A DNA stretch of 64,000 nt from Yuukianura sp. NJ FZ-2021. Taxonomy: Eukaryota. Shown piece after piece: positions 36,447 through 48,704 of this stretch. Position 1 is the stretch's first letter. Every line of letters begins with the position of its first letter. The notes below the pieces were generated by a model that searched no databases, had not been told where the DNA came from, and saw nothing but the letters and a program-made list of their open reading frames with translations. Made by a program: the position numbers and the translations under genes. Where the stretch lies: positions 14,818,001-14,882,000 of the forward strand of contig CM102285.1 in assembly GCA_046563655.1 (NCBI GenBank), given 5' to 3'.

Positions 36447-37227
36447 CAGCCAAAGGTCAAAGGTCACCGCAGTCTAGGCTTAATCTACTCCTGGCTCCTC
36501 CCCTACGCAGCTTGGATCCGCCCCTTACTGCTATGGACAGTCTAATTAATCCAATTAACTAAGTAATTCGAGTAATTCACTAAGTAATTGAAGTAATTAA
36601 GTAAGTAATTCAAGTAATTAGCTGAGCAATTTGTAGAATTAACTGAGCAATTGTAATTAAGTAGTTCGTAATTTATTTGGCAAGCAATTCAAAATCGAGT
36701 TTTATTTGTCTTGAAAGTGTCAAATTCAAAAAGTTACCAAACGCTTGGAAATTTCGAAATACATAAAAAAAAGTTACCAGGAATTGAAGACAGCTTGTGC
36801 TTCTTTTCTGTTTAGATTAGAACAAATCTTTTCAAAAAAAAAATTTTTTTTTTTAAAAACTATTTTTAGAACTATGCCTCACCAGTAGAAGTGTCAATCA
36901 CTGTTCCATTAGCACTTGACACTTTGCCACTCAAAAGCTCTTTAGTAACAAAACAAAAGCAAATTTGGAAGGTTTAGTTACATAAGAAATTTTGGGAACC
37001 TCAGAAAAAGCAAATTCAAAATAAAATTCTGAGTTAATTATTCTACTTCTCGTATTTTCTATGATTCCAAGGTTTAACGTATACATTTTAAGGCACTCGT
37101 GGTCACCAACTTGACCTCAAAGGTCAAAGGTCAAACGTTATTTTTAGGTAGGAGGAGGTTGGTTTTTTGAAAAGCAAAGGTCAAAGGTCAAAACAGAAAT
37201 TGAAAAACATGACCTGAGGTCAATTCC

Positions 37228-38651
37228 TTAGAAAATTACATTAGAATTGAAATTGTTACTTTGGTGAACGGCGTGTGGATTGTGATAGTTGTCGTTGACT
37301 GATGTCCCAATGGACTGTGTCCCACTGTGTCCATGGTCCAGTGTCCCACTGTGTCCATGGTCCAGTGTCCCACTGTGTCCATGGTCCATGTGGACATGAT
37401 CTTTAGACAGTGCTGAGGTCACAGGGGTCACTTCGTCCCAGGAAGAAGATGAGAGAGACCCTTCGTCCAGGCCGCAGTCCTCCTCTTCCCCCTCGTCACT
37501 TCCAGTTCCTCCACCAACGCCACTTCCGCCAGGAGCTTTACTTAAACCGTACGGCCACGTCTGAAAACCAACATTTCAAACAAAAGTTTCAAAAAAAAAA
37601 AATTCGAAACGACAGTTGGCTCATCTCGAACAAAAATTTAAAAAAAAACACGAAAACTTTCAACTTCCTTTCACCATTTTTACAACTTTCGGGGGCAGCT
37701 TGAAAGATGAGCATCTTTTCTTTGCTTTTTTCGAAAATGGATTCATCAGTGGGCAAAAATTACACAAAAAAAAACGGAAATGAATGATTTTTGGATGATT
37801 GGATCAATTGATCAAAATTATTTAAGAAAAAGAGTAATTTAGAATTTAGAAACTTCGAAATTCAATTTAAAGTCTTTCAAATTGATGACGTAAAACTGAT
37901 GGCAAACAAGAAACTTTTTTTTATATTTTTTAATTAAGCTAACATTAATAATTTGGGTTGTGCGGCGTTTATGTCTCAAACAAGGGACTGTTTTGATTGG
38001 TGGCGACAATAGTCAAATAAAAATCTAAAGTACCCGCGACTTAAAAAAAAGTCGGCCCTTCAAAGGGCCCTTAAGGAAGTTTCAGTTTTTGTTTGTTTAG
38101 GACTTTGTTTGATTTTAAATTGCGATAACAATTTACTTCCTCAACAACTTTCTACTGATTCTCTCGGTTGATTTTCAGCGATAACTTTTAAAAATTTTGA
38201 AAAACGAAATGCAAAAAGCAATTTAAAAAAGTCATGTCACTTTTTTAAAATAGAAACACTGACCATTGTCATTGGAGCGTAGAAGTAATCTGATTGGCTG
38301 ATTGGGTCATTGGATTCCAGCGTCGCTTTGAGTCCAGCGATGTGCTTGGCTGCCATTCGCAGCGTATCCAGTTTACTCAGTTTCGTGTCCGGCGGAACCC
38401 AGGACAACGCTGTTTTCAAGCGATAGAATGCTCTGGAATTTTGAAAAATTTTAAAAATTTTATAATGAAACATTCAAAATTGTGATTTTGAATTTGAACT
38501 AAACAAACCTGCTGAGAACTCTCATGCGAGCCCTTTCCCTTGCATTTGCAGCGTTCCTTTGCTGCGGTTTCTCTTTCTGGTTGATAGTTCTAAGGGATGC
38601 AGGGGCCCTTGAAGGGTCACTGGCAGAGGAGCCCTTCTTCCTACGCGGCAT
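37228..38651 (-). CDS. HLH54F: Musculin/TCF21/MyoR-family bHLH transcription factor (HLH54F-like)
   Basis: Exons 38651-38509, 38432-38264, 37560-37228: '[49 protein letters not shown]' and 'MTWPY' (family TWPF motif). Start codon uncertain. Confidence 0.88.
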
Positions 38652-40739
38652 GACCCCTTTGACCACCGAATCCCTTTGATCCACTTCCGAATCTTTTATG
38701 ACTCTGTCTGCTACACAAAATCAAATAAACAGAATCAAAATCAAAGTTTGAAACACAATCTTCCTAAGGTTTAAAAAAATGAAAGCTATAAAAAGTTGAA
38801 ATGTTAAATTTGATTGATTCCCATGATTTTTTTAGTGTTTGAGAAATTAATATGCAGAGAGGAAATGGATCCAGACGGAGAAAGATGAAGTTACGAGATC
38901 ATGAAATTCCTTCCAGAAAAACACGAATTTTATGTTTAAAAGTACAATGTGGATCCATATGGATCCAAGTATAAACAAATTCCAATAAAACTCTTTGCCT
39001 TTCTTTAACAGAAAATAAAATTTTGTTTTTCAAATTCTTTCTTTTTAGTTTCAAATTCAAAAATTTTGAAACATGCCAAAAAAAAAAATTTCAACAATTT
39101 TCTATTACATGTTCTATACAATTCTAAGCGCTCCGCGCCATCAGCGAACTGAAAACTTCAGTACTACTGTATTCACAAAATTCAACGGAATTTTTAAACG
39201 GGGTCGATTTTTACTGTTTTTAAAAATTTAAGTTTTTTTTCCAACTCACCGTTACGTGTAATTGTCACTTCACTCGTATGTCTCTTGTTCTTTTTAAATT
39301 GAGGTTGTCTGTTGTAAATTACAGGAGTTTTGAAAATTTCAAAATTTCAGAACTTCAAATTTCAGAATTTCAGCTTGAAAGTGACGTAACTCCGTGAACT
39401 CTTGATTTTGTCTCCGAATGAATCCTCAAATTCCGTTGACCTTTCAATTTAAGTCAGATTTTGTTTAGTGAAATGTAAAGATTTTCGGACAGTTTAGACC
39501 GGAACCCGCCTGTTTCCTTCGGATTTTGATGTGGAAGCTCCTCCTCCTAATACCCGGTTGAGTCAAGTGAAGAGCCAATCAGAATGAAGATCCTCCTTCC
39601 CCGGGCTGTTCTATTTTTAGATCCATTGTCTCCCTCATCCGCATCTTCACATCTTTCTTCCAAGTTATGCCTCCACTGACAACTTAACGACTTGGAAGGT
39701 CAATCTAGGGTGACCAACTGCAGGAAAACCCAATTGACCGTGACCTCGCAAAGGTCAATGGTCAACTTACATCTTCAAAATCAAAACCGAAATCCGGAAT
39801 TTAAAAAAAAACACCAATCAAAAAAATTCCATTGGTTTGAATCCACATTTGTCTGCAGAAAAACTTCCTTTTTTGCTGTCCATTACATTCAAAATTTTTA
39901 GCGTTTTTTCAAGTGGTGTGAAACTTTTTCAGAATTTTCTAAACTTAGCAAAAAAAAATTGTTAAAATTGTTACAATTATTGAAGCTTAACATTGTTAAA
40001 ATTGTTACAATTGAAGTTTACATTGTTAAAATTTTCGTACCTTCAGTGTAAAATTAAGTTAAGTTGATGAAGTTAGGTGTGGGTCATGTTCTTTTAAATC
40101 AGAAATCATTAGGTTATGGGAAATTAAAGACAGAAAATGATGATGATCTTGTTGAAAATTTGATGATGTTTGGTCACTTGTTCTTTCTAAAAAGTGGACA
40201 TTGACCACCTATGACTTTACATGATTCTGTGGTTGGGGAAACTGGAGAAACATGTTATGTAATTCTAATGTTACGTTTTTAGCCTAACAAACCTTACCCT
40301 AACCTAACATTTTTTGGTTTTTGACATAAGTTAGGGCTGAAAGCTACAAAGTTGTCACCAGGCAGTTTAGTCTCCCATTTCCTTCTGCCCCCAATCCATT
40401 TCTCTTCCAATTAGGCGGAACGCTTAACGACCTGTCAACCTCACGCTCCATTGAAAACTACATAACCACGGAAATTTTAAAAAAGAATTTACACAAACTT
40501 TCAAAAAAGTTCACTAGTTTGGAAAAAAATAACTTTGAAGAAGTCCAAAAAACTAAAAACAAACTGCTTCCGTTCCAAAAATCACCTTTCTTTTAGAATT
40601 TCTAGAAACAATTATCCATTTATTGTACAACTAAAATCAATTATTTTTGAAACTATCTAATTAATTGTGCTTAATTTAAGTTAATTGTAATTAAACTAAT
40701 TGTAGTTAAATTAGGTTTGAACACTGGGTAACAGTGGTT

Positions 40740-42025
40740 TTAAGCGGAGAGTGGAATGTCGAAAGTTTCTTTGGTCGTGAACACTTTGCGGACGGAGCCA
40801 AAGAAGTCCGTGATTCGGACTTTGTAGGGGTCACGTTTAAACAAATCTTTGCGAGTTCCAACAGTAGAAATGCAGAGAGATTTTGGACAAACTTCGAGCT
40901 GTTCAAAACAAAACCACAATTTTCAAATTTTGAAATTTTAAACCAACTTAGGTGAACTGGACTTACAAATTCGCCCATAGTTTTCTCCGAAGCGGGAGTA
41001 ACTTTTTCAAGAAATTCCAGGGCGTAGTAAGTGTATCTGTCGATGATGTAAACTCCGATGCTCGAATCAACATGATGCTGCAATATTGAAAAAAAAATTA
41101 AAATTTTGAAAATTGTTGTTTTCAAATTTTGAAAATCTTACAGAAAGAGAGTCTTCCCCAACCAGGCTGCTTCCAACAGCAAGAATATTAGGTGAGTAGA
41201 ACTTCTCATACATTGAGGCTGCTTGGCAAGTATCCACCATAAAGAAGATTTCGTTGTACCTGCGCAGTATGAAAATCAAAATGTCAAGTTTTTTTTTTCT
41301 CAAAAACTTTTCAAAAAAGTCGTACTTTTTCTTTTGCCACATTTGTTCAAAAGCGTCTGCTAGTTCCTTGTTCGTAATTTCCTCCGAATCTTGAAATTTC
41401 AGAAATCCTTCTCCGCCGTGTCCAGTCATGTAAATCAAAATGTTACTCCGCTCATCAGACAAAAGACGCTTGGAACGCGGTGTTTCCGGAGTGACACGAC
41501 CTGTCAACAGCCTCACGAAGTTCTCCACGGTCACTTCATAACCTCTGTTCAAAATTCAAAATTTAAAAAGTTTTTCAAAATTTTATGAAAAAGTTAATCA
41601 CAGATCACAGAACGACGAACCTGTAGTCCACTTCGACATCTTCTCCGTACACATCGATGTTTTGATTGGCGTTGTTGTAGACAGTAGCAGGAGTTGGATT
41701 TCTGGGATTGCATGCCATGTCATCAGCAACCATCAGGATAATCTGACTATCCGGAATTCCGAGTCGCTTGACACTTCGATAAATGGATAAAACATTCGCA
41801 ACATGGCGATAGTTGAACCAAAATCGAGAAGTATCTACTAAAACTGCCCAGTTATGGGTATGATTCGACTGGAAAGGCAAAAATCACATGTCCAAAAATC
41901 AAAATCTTGTTTTTAAAATTATTTTTAGGTAATTTTTCATTAACCTGAGCAAATTTTGTCGCAGTGAGTCCAACAATCAGTTTGCAGTTTGCCAGCAAAA
42001 AGGCAAAAACAAGCAAATTTTTCAT
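40740..42025 (-). CDS. PIGK: GPI-anchor transamidase catalytic subunit GPI8 (C13 peptidase)
   Basis: Signal peptide; '[20 protein letters not shown]', catalytic '[16 protein letters not shown]' and 'DTCQAASM', 'IIDRYTYY', 'ITDFFGSVR'; stop at 40742-40740. Confidence 0.95.
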
Positions 42026-42711
42026 GTTGACAGACCCAGGCCTAAAGTGTGAACAAATTCCTGAAATAATTATGAATATTCATAACAAGAATTAAATTTA
42101 ACTATTATTAAACTTAATTAGCATTAACTAAACTTAGTGTTAACTAATTAAAGTTAACGCTATTGGCTATGAAAAACAATTTTGAAATGTAAATAGCAGC
42201 GTTCTTTCCCTTTTTCCCACAGAAATGGAGCGCCATCTCTCGGGGAAAGTGAGAAACTCTTGAAGCAAAATTTCCCGCGAAAGTTTGAAAAAATTTAAAC
42301 TTTTTTGGTGTCAAAATCGGAACTTTTTTTTCCTGTGTTTTTTCTGCAAGCGTTTGGATTTGTCAAATTAGGTGAATTGACTAATTGACAAGGATAATTA
42401 ATCGTTAACGGTAAGTTAATTGTAATTAAGAAATCTGTAAGTTAAGTAATCGATTACCTCGTTCGAAGATGTAAGCTTATCCGTTTTTTTACACGAAAAC
42501 AAAACCGGTACTCTTTTTGTTTTTTTTATCTTATCACTTTTTTTCGCCAAATATTTTCCGAACAGCGCGTTGCCGCGCTTCATGCATAGGATTTCCTAAC
42601 AAACATGGGCATAACGTCCTGGAAGTTGTTTTGCCGGGAAGTAACGATAACCTTTGACCTTATAAACTAAACTTTTCCTTTTACGTTAGATAACTGAACA
42701 CCGGAAACGGA

Positions 42712-45489
42712 ATGGCTACTGCAATCGAGGGCCTGCTACCGTCGAATCTCAATAAACTCGTAACAGATTCCAAAGTATTGGTTGTCGGAGCTGGAGGAAT
42801 TGGATGTGAACTGCTCAAGAACTTGGTCCTCACTGGATTCAGTGAAATTCATATCGTAAGCAAAACGAATTTCAAATGTCGACTAATTCCGTAGATGATT
42901 AATTTATGGTTGTATTTGTTTCAGATTGATTTGGACACTATCGAAGTGAGTAACTTGAATCGTCAGTTTCTGTTTCGTCGTGAACATGTTGGAAAATCAA
43001 AAGCACTGGTTGCAAAGGAATCTGCACTGGAATTCAACCCTAACGTTAACATCACAGCCTACCATGACAGTATTACCGAGGCCAAGTACGATGTCAACTT
43101 CTACCAACAGTTTTCCTTGGTCATGAATGCACTGGATAATCGTGCCGCTCGGAGTCATGTCAATCGAATGTGTCTTGCTGCTAATGTCGCCTTGGTCGAA
43201 TCAGGAACTGCTGGATTCAGAGGTCACGTGGCGGTAAGCTAAGCTTAAATACTCAGTTAATTTGTGATTAATCGTTACTATTTTGAACTTGATTTATGTT
43301 TTTGTAGCTCCACAAGAAAGGTGTGAGTGAATGTTTTGACTGTACTCCACGACCACATCAAAAGACGTTTCCCGGGTGCACTATTCGCAATACTCCGTCT
43401 GAACCGATCCATTGCATTGTATGGGCCAAGCACTTGTTCAGGTGAAAAATCAGCAAATAATGCTCTTGACAGTCAACATACAACTGCTGCTCTTGCTAGG
43501 TTAAAATCGTTGTTTTTACGTTTTATTAGTCAACTTTTTGGCGTTGCGGATCCAGATGAAGACGTTTCACCTGATTCTGGAGATCCAGAAGCCGTTGGTG
43601 ACGCGGGGCAACTGGCTCTGTCAAATGAAACAACAGAGGCTGGAAATACTTCTAAAGTGAGTACTCGTCAATGGGCTCATGATGTTGACTATGATCCTCG
43701 CAAGTTGTTCAAGAAGTTTTTTCATGATGACATCAACTACCTTCTGTCAATGGAGAATCTCTGGAACAAACGACGTCCACCGACGCCACTTGATTGGGAC
43801 ACTCTTCCGGATGCAAGTAAGAATCGAATACTTTTGATTCACTGGTACCCTAGTTTTTACGTTCAAACTCTTGAAATTTTCAGTTGCCGGTACCAGTTCA
43901 ACTGTGAATACTGCCCTGAAGGACCAGAGACTGTGGAGCATGTCAGAATGTGCTCAGGTCTTTGAGCAAAGCTGTCAAACTCTCAAGAAGCAACTCAAGG
44001 TTTCCATTTTGCTTGGATTTTTACTTCAAATTCGGGGCAATGATGTAATGATGAAACTTTTTGTTTGTATTTTCAGGCAGCACAAGAGGGGCATTTGATC
44101 TGGGACAAAGATGACGATCCAGGAATGGATTTTGTCACTGCCTGCTCAAATATTCGCTGCTTCGTCTTTGGAATTCCACAAAAAAGTCGATTTGACACGA
44201 AATGTAAGTTTTCTTCTTTGTTTTTATCAATCCTTCAAGATATCATCATGAAACAACTACTGATTTAGCGAACTGAAATTGACATAAAATTGTATTTTTT
44301 AGCAATGGCTGGGAACATCATTCCTGCAATTGCTGCTACCAATGCAATTGTGGCTGGTCTCATCGTCATGATGGCATTCAAAGTCCTCATGGGAAAACTC
44401 CACGAGTGTCACACGGTGAGAACTGAAGGATTCGAGTTTTAATTAACTTACTTCCTTAGTTAATTAATTAATAATTTGTAATATTTCTCATTTTTAGTTG
44501 TACGTCAACAATCGTCCAAGTGTGAGGAAGGAGCTTTTTGTCATAGACCGCGTCACAGCACCAAATCCTAACTGCTATGTTTGCACTGAAAAACCAGAGG
44601 TAAAGAATAGCAAAATTCCACAAAATGTTAGCAGTTTTAGGCTATTTTTTAATTTTTAAGTTAAAAATTAACTAACTTTCTCTTTTCCGTCAGCTCGTTG
44701 TGAAAATCGACGTTTCCCGAATGACTGTTCGTAACTTTGGAGAGCGTGTGCTGAAGAAGGAACTGAACATGGTTGCTCCTGATGTTGAAATTGATGATGG
44801 CCAGGGAACAATTCTCATTTCAAGTGAAGAAGGGGAGACTGACGACATTGCAGACAAACTCATCAAGGTATGTGTCAAAATTTTATCAAAAATTGAGTAA
44901 AAACGGGAAAAAGTAAAACTTGAAATGGATATTTTTGTTTGTTGAATTTTAGGATTTCAATGTAAAAGAAGGAACGAGGTTGAAGTGTGACGATTTCCTG
45001 CAAAACTATCAGTTGAACATCACCGTTGTGGAGATGATTGTGGACGAAGCTGATAGAGAAAAAACTGAAATGTTTGAAATCATTGGAGACAGAAGCAAGT
45101 TGGCTCCGAAAGAGGAGAAAAAGATCCAGAAACCAAACGGAGTTGGGTCCAACGGAAACGAAGAAGGAGCTGGAACTTCTGGAACCAAAAGTGAGACGAA
45201 CGTTTCAGATTTTTCAAAAACTGAGAATTTTGAACTTTTTTTGAAATTTTGAAAATTTTTAGGAGAAGTGAATACGGTGAATGATGAAGAGGAGGAACTG
45301 ATGATCATTGAGGAAGATGTTACTCCGGTGGAACAAGAAGAAGAAGTGAGTTACATCGGCGGAACGCCGTCCAAGTCCAAGCGCCCACTTCCAGAACTTG
45401 TCGCTCTTCCAGCCAAGAAGCGTCGAATTGAGCATCTTCCAGTAGAGGAAACGGATAAAGATGAAGTCGAAGTGCTGGAAATAGATTAG
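42712..45489 (+). CDS. UBA2: SUMO-activating enzyme subunit 2
   Basis: '[17 protein letters not shown]', '[16 protein letters not shown]', 'NALDNRAAR', catalytic '[16 protein letters not shown]', 'WDKDD', '[10 protein letters not shown]', 'PNPNCYVC', 'DDFLQNY'. Confidence 0.96.
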
Positions 45490-45848
45490 GTAGTACGTGA
45501 CCTTCTGATTTTGACTCCAAAGGTCATTCAGAGGTCACGGATTCGAAATGGCACGGGGAGAAAATGTCATTTCCCGTGAAAAAACTATGTTTCTTTTTTA
45601 ATACAGGCACTTTTGTATTAGATAATAAACTTTATTCAGAATTCGAAGACCCATTTTTACATTAGTGTTAGTATTCTTCTTTGCTACTTCGAAGAAGAAC
45701 AAAGCTTTGTTCAATTTTTTCAAAAAAGTTGCATTTTTTGAATTTTAAAAATTAGAAAACTGTCTTCTCTTCAGTGTTATGGAAGACAGTTTTAAACATT
45801 TGGATTGGACAGGAGAAATCTTTCGTGTTGTAAAGTCCTAACTTCTAA

Positions 45849-46040
45849 TTCGGTTAAGTTTTAACGACCGTCATTGTAGCCACTCCGGCCATCTTTAGTG
45901 GCAACATTTGTAGCCACTCGAACTTAAAACTAATTTGAAATGGCAACAAAAGTAGCCACATTAGAATAGCCACCCATTGCAGCCGCAAAGTGGCTATCCT
46001 GTACTACTACCACAATCACGGTCGTTAAATTTTAGCCGAA
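45849..46040. mobile_element. MITE, family shared with 47223-47437
   Basis: Imperfect TIRs TTCGGTTAAGTTTTAACGACCGTCATTGT / ACAATCACGGTCGTTAAATTTTAGCCGAA; internal TAGCCAC/GTGGC repeats. Confidence 0.7.
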
Positions 46041-46560
46041 CTCCTAAATTGTTATGAATTTAGTTAACTTGAGTGACTTTCTGAAAATACTTTGTTAGTA
46101 ATCAATTACTTAATTGACTAATTGCTATCCTAACCTTCCATCCAGTGGTCATAATTTGCACCAAATGAATCCTTTTAGTTGCTAACTTTACAGTGGAAGT
46201 TTATACGATGATAAGATTGAGCGACTATGACCTTTGACCTTCTATTTCTATTTTTATGCGGGAAGTGAGATTAATCGATTAATTTACATTTAGCAATTTC
46301 CTTGTTCATAAAAATAATCATCACTTTTAAACAGTATTTTTACGAAGTTGTAGAGTAATTCTCGTAAGTTGTTGCGCAGTTGGGAGTTGAAATTCTTAAA
46401 TGTTGTACAACAACAGTCTTAGGCCACAAGTGAAAGTGAAAACAGCGACTTAGGAATGTAGCAACGGAGAGGTGGCTGGAAGCGGACCTGGAATGACATC
46501 AACCAAGAATCAAGTTAATGAAGACTAATTGACTAAATGTTGATTAATCAAGGTCTTACA

Positions 46561-46812
46561 TTATCCATTTTCACAAGAACCTTCTTGTGATTCGTAGCAA
46601 CTGGATCCCCAGAACAAGCAGTTTCCAATTCCTGAGTAGCAGAGGAGAGCAACAGCGATGAAGAAGACGATGGAGCAAATTGTGCAGGGTTTCCGCTCTA
46701 AGAAGAATCCCGTAAGGTAGAGTACAACGAACATCACATGGTTGTGGAGCATTGTGGGATTGATGGGTTTAGGAAGCAGTAGTACTGGAATCAACCACTG
46801 GAGACAGTACAT
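46561..46812 (-). CDS. BLCAP: Bladder cancer-associated protein (BC10) homolog
   Basis: Single coding exon [19 protein letters not shown]...[26 protein letters not shown] is the hallmark BLCAP sequence. Confidence 0.95.
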   Translation of the reverse strand: MYCLQWLIPVLLLPKPINPTMLHNHVMFVVLYLTGFFLERKPCTICSIVFFIAVALLCYSGIGNCLFWGSSCYESQEGSCENG

Positions 46813-47222
46813 CTTGGATGTTGTGGAAGAGTACTGGCAGTACTTTGCAGTTGAGCCCCACTTGACCACCGATTGCCTTTGAAGTTAATGATTTTAACCA
46901 ACCTAGGCCAATTACAAATAAATCAACTGCAATATCAAATATGGTGAAAATGTTAAGTTTATTTTGAAGTTTACCTTACTTGTTATGTTTGACCAATTAT
47001 ACGCAGTGAGTCAGCACAGCTGATTGACAGCAGCTGAGTTTTAACCGTAGTGTGAGAAAAGAAAGTTAGTTGATAATTGAACTGGCGTAAGATTTAACAA
47101 AAGGCAATTAACACCTTTCAATTTAACAATTAGTTTATATAACCTGCAATCTGCAGTTTCAAAAACGTAGTAAGCAATTCCTTAAATTAGTAACTTTAAT
47201 CGGTGACATTTTCCTTCTTTCT

Positions 47223-47437
47223 GTTGGAGTAAGGTTGCACGACAATGATTGTAGCTACATTGAAGACAATTCGTCTTTTTAGACTCTACAACATGAGGTT
47301 ACAACTGAGTGGACAACGTTAATAGCCAACGTAACTCAAAGTGGCAACAAAGGTTGCCATTAAATGTAGCCCCAATCCGAATCCCAAAGTGGCTACAGTG
47401 TGAGGCTACAATGACAGTCGTTAAACCTTACCCCAAC
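47223..47437. mobile_element. MITE, family shared with 45849-46040
   Basis: Imperfect TIRs GTTGGAGTAAGGTTGCACGACAATGATTGTAGC / GCTACAATGACAGTCGTTAAACCTTACCCCAAC; internal GTGGCAACA and AAAGTGGCTA motifs shared with the first copy. Confidence 0.7.
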
Positions 47438-47470
47438 CTTTCTTTCTTCATGTTTTTTTTTCTTGTTCTC

Positions 47471-48120
47471 TCATCCCTGCTTTTGAGTTTTAAATTCCCG
47501 CTGTTGAGCAAAATGAGCAAAAATCTCCGATGGTGAGACACTGCTTGGTATTTCATAGACTGGAGTTTCCGGAAGTCCCTTGACTGACAAGCATCTTCCA
47601 GCAACTGGATACTGTTTGATAGTATTAAAATCAGCGACTCCGCGGTCAATCGGGTCCTTGGGAAATGCAAATGAAGCACTCGGCGGTTTCTCCTTGCACA
47701 CCAGCTTGGCTTCGTCTGCAATTTCAAGAATTTAAGATGTAAAACGATACCCTACACTATAAATGACATGCTACTACCAAAGTAACTGACCTTTGAACCT
47801 TAGAATCCTCGAATTTGAAAGCGAACTTTCATTTCCACCGAACGATTCCAGGTCATCGAGGTCTAAACTTGGGTCAGAGGAGGCGATTGAGAATTCCACT
47901 CCGTCGAACGAGTCATCGTCGTCGTCATCTCCAAATGCCTCCGATGAGTTCCGGGACGATTTTATCTATTATTCAGAATAGCAATTACATAAGGTTCAGG
48001 GTGATTTTTGTAAATTTCTGATATTTCAAGCAATTAACAATCAAATCACTGAGCCTAGATAGTTCTTACCATTTCAATCGCCAGTTGTAAACGTCTGGCT
48101 TGTTGCTCAATTCTGCTCAT
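47471..48120 (-). CDS. Uncharacterised 156-aa protein, 3 exons
   Basis: Exons 48120-48070, 47965-47791, 47715-47471 join in phase through GT-AG introns: MSRIEQQARRLQLAIEM|IKSSRNSSEAFGDDDDDDSFDGVEF...|DEAKLVCKEKPPSASFAFPKD...QKQG*. Family not recognised. Confidence 0.6.
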
Positions 48121-48704
48121 TTCCGTTGATTACGTTCGTCCAGGCTTATGTCTTAAGGCTATGGTTAATTGATTTTTCAAAAATTTCAGTAATCAAACGC
48201 AGTAATTAGCAAAAATCCACAAACTTTACAAGATGAGGATCTGAAAAAAAACGTAAACAAAACAGTAAACAAATGCAAACAAAGCAAAAAAGGCAAATAA
48301 AAAAAACGTTTTGGCGGGAATTGGCGCCGTTTTGATTCAAATTGCATTTGGATGGTATGTCTCATTCCGTTCATTTTTTGGTTACCATGACAACCGATGA
48401 GATCTTTGTCAATTGGTGAGTGAGTGAGTAGTCTGTGAAACACTTTCTTTTTTTTACACTTTCACTGGCTTTGTCCAGCAGAGTCAGATACGGCAAGAGC
48501 AGAGTCCAGAGTACGTGATCCACAGTATCTCCAGCTGTTGTTTCCAAGGAATCTTGGCGGATGGAACTTTAACACAAAAAACCACGTTAGATACACACGA
48601 ATCCAAGGAATCAGCTGTCACTCGCCTTCTCCTTCTCATCTCTCTTGTATTTTAATTTTAGGAACATTGGAGTGTCAACGGTCCATTAATCGAATCTGTC
48701 CAAG

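Noticed and set aside
40740..40900. PIGK ends without a C-terminal transmembrane helix
   Set aside because: TM-less GPI8 is already known in several invertebrates and protists; not evidence of truncation.
46813..46869. N-terminal extension of the BLCAP ORF (MVKWGS...)
   Set aside because: Begins at GTG; the conserved protein starts at MYCLQW (46812).
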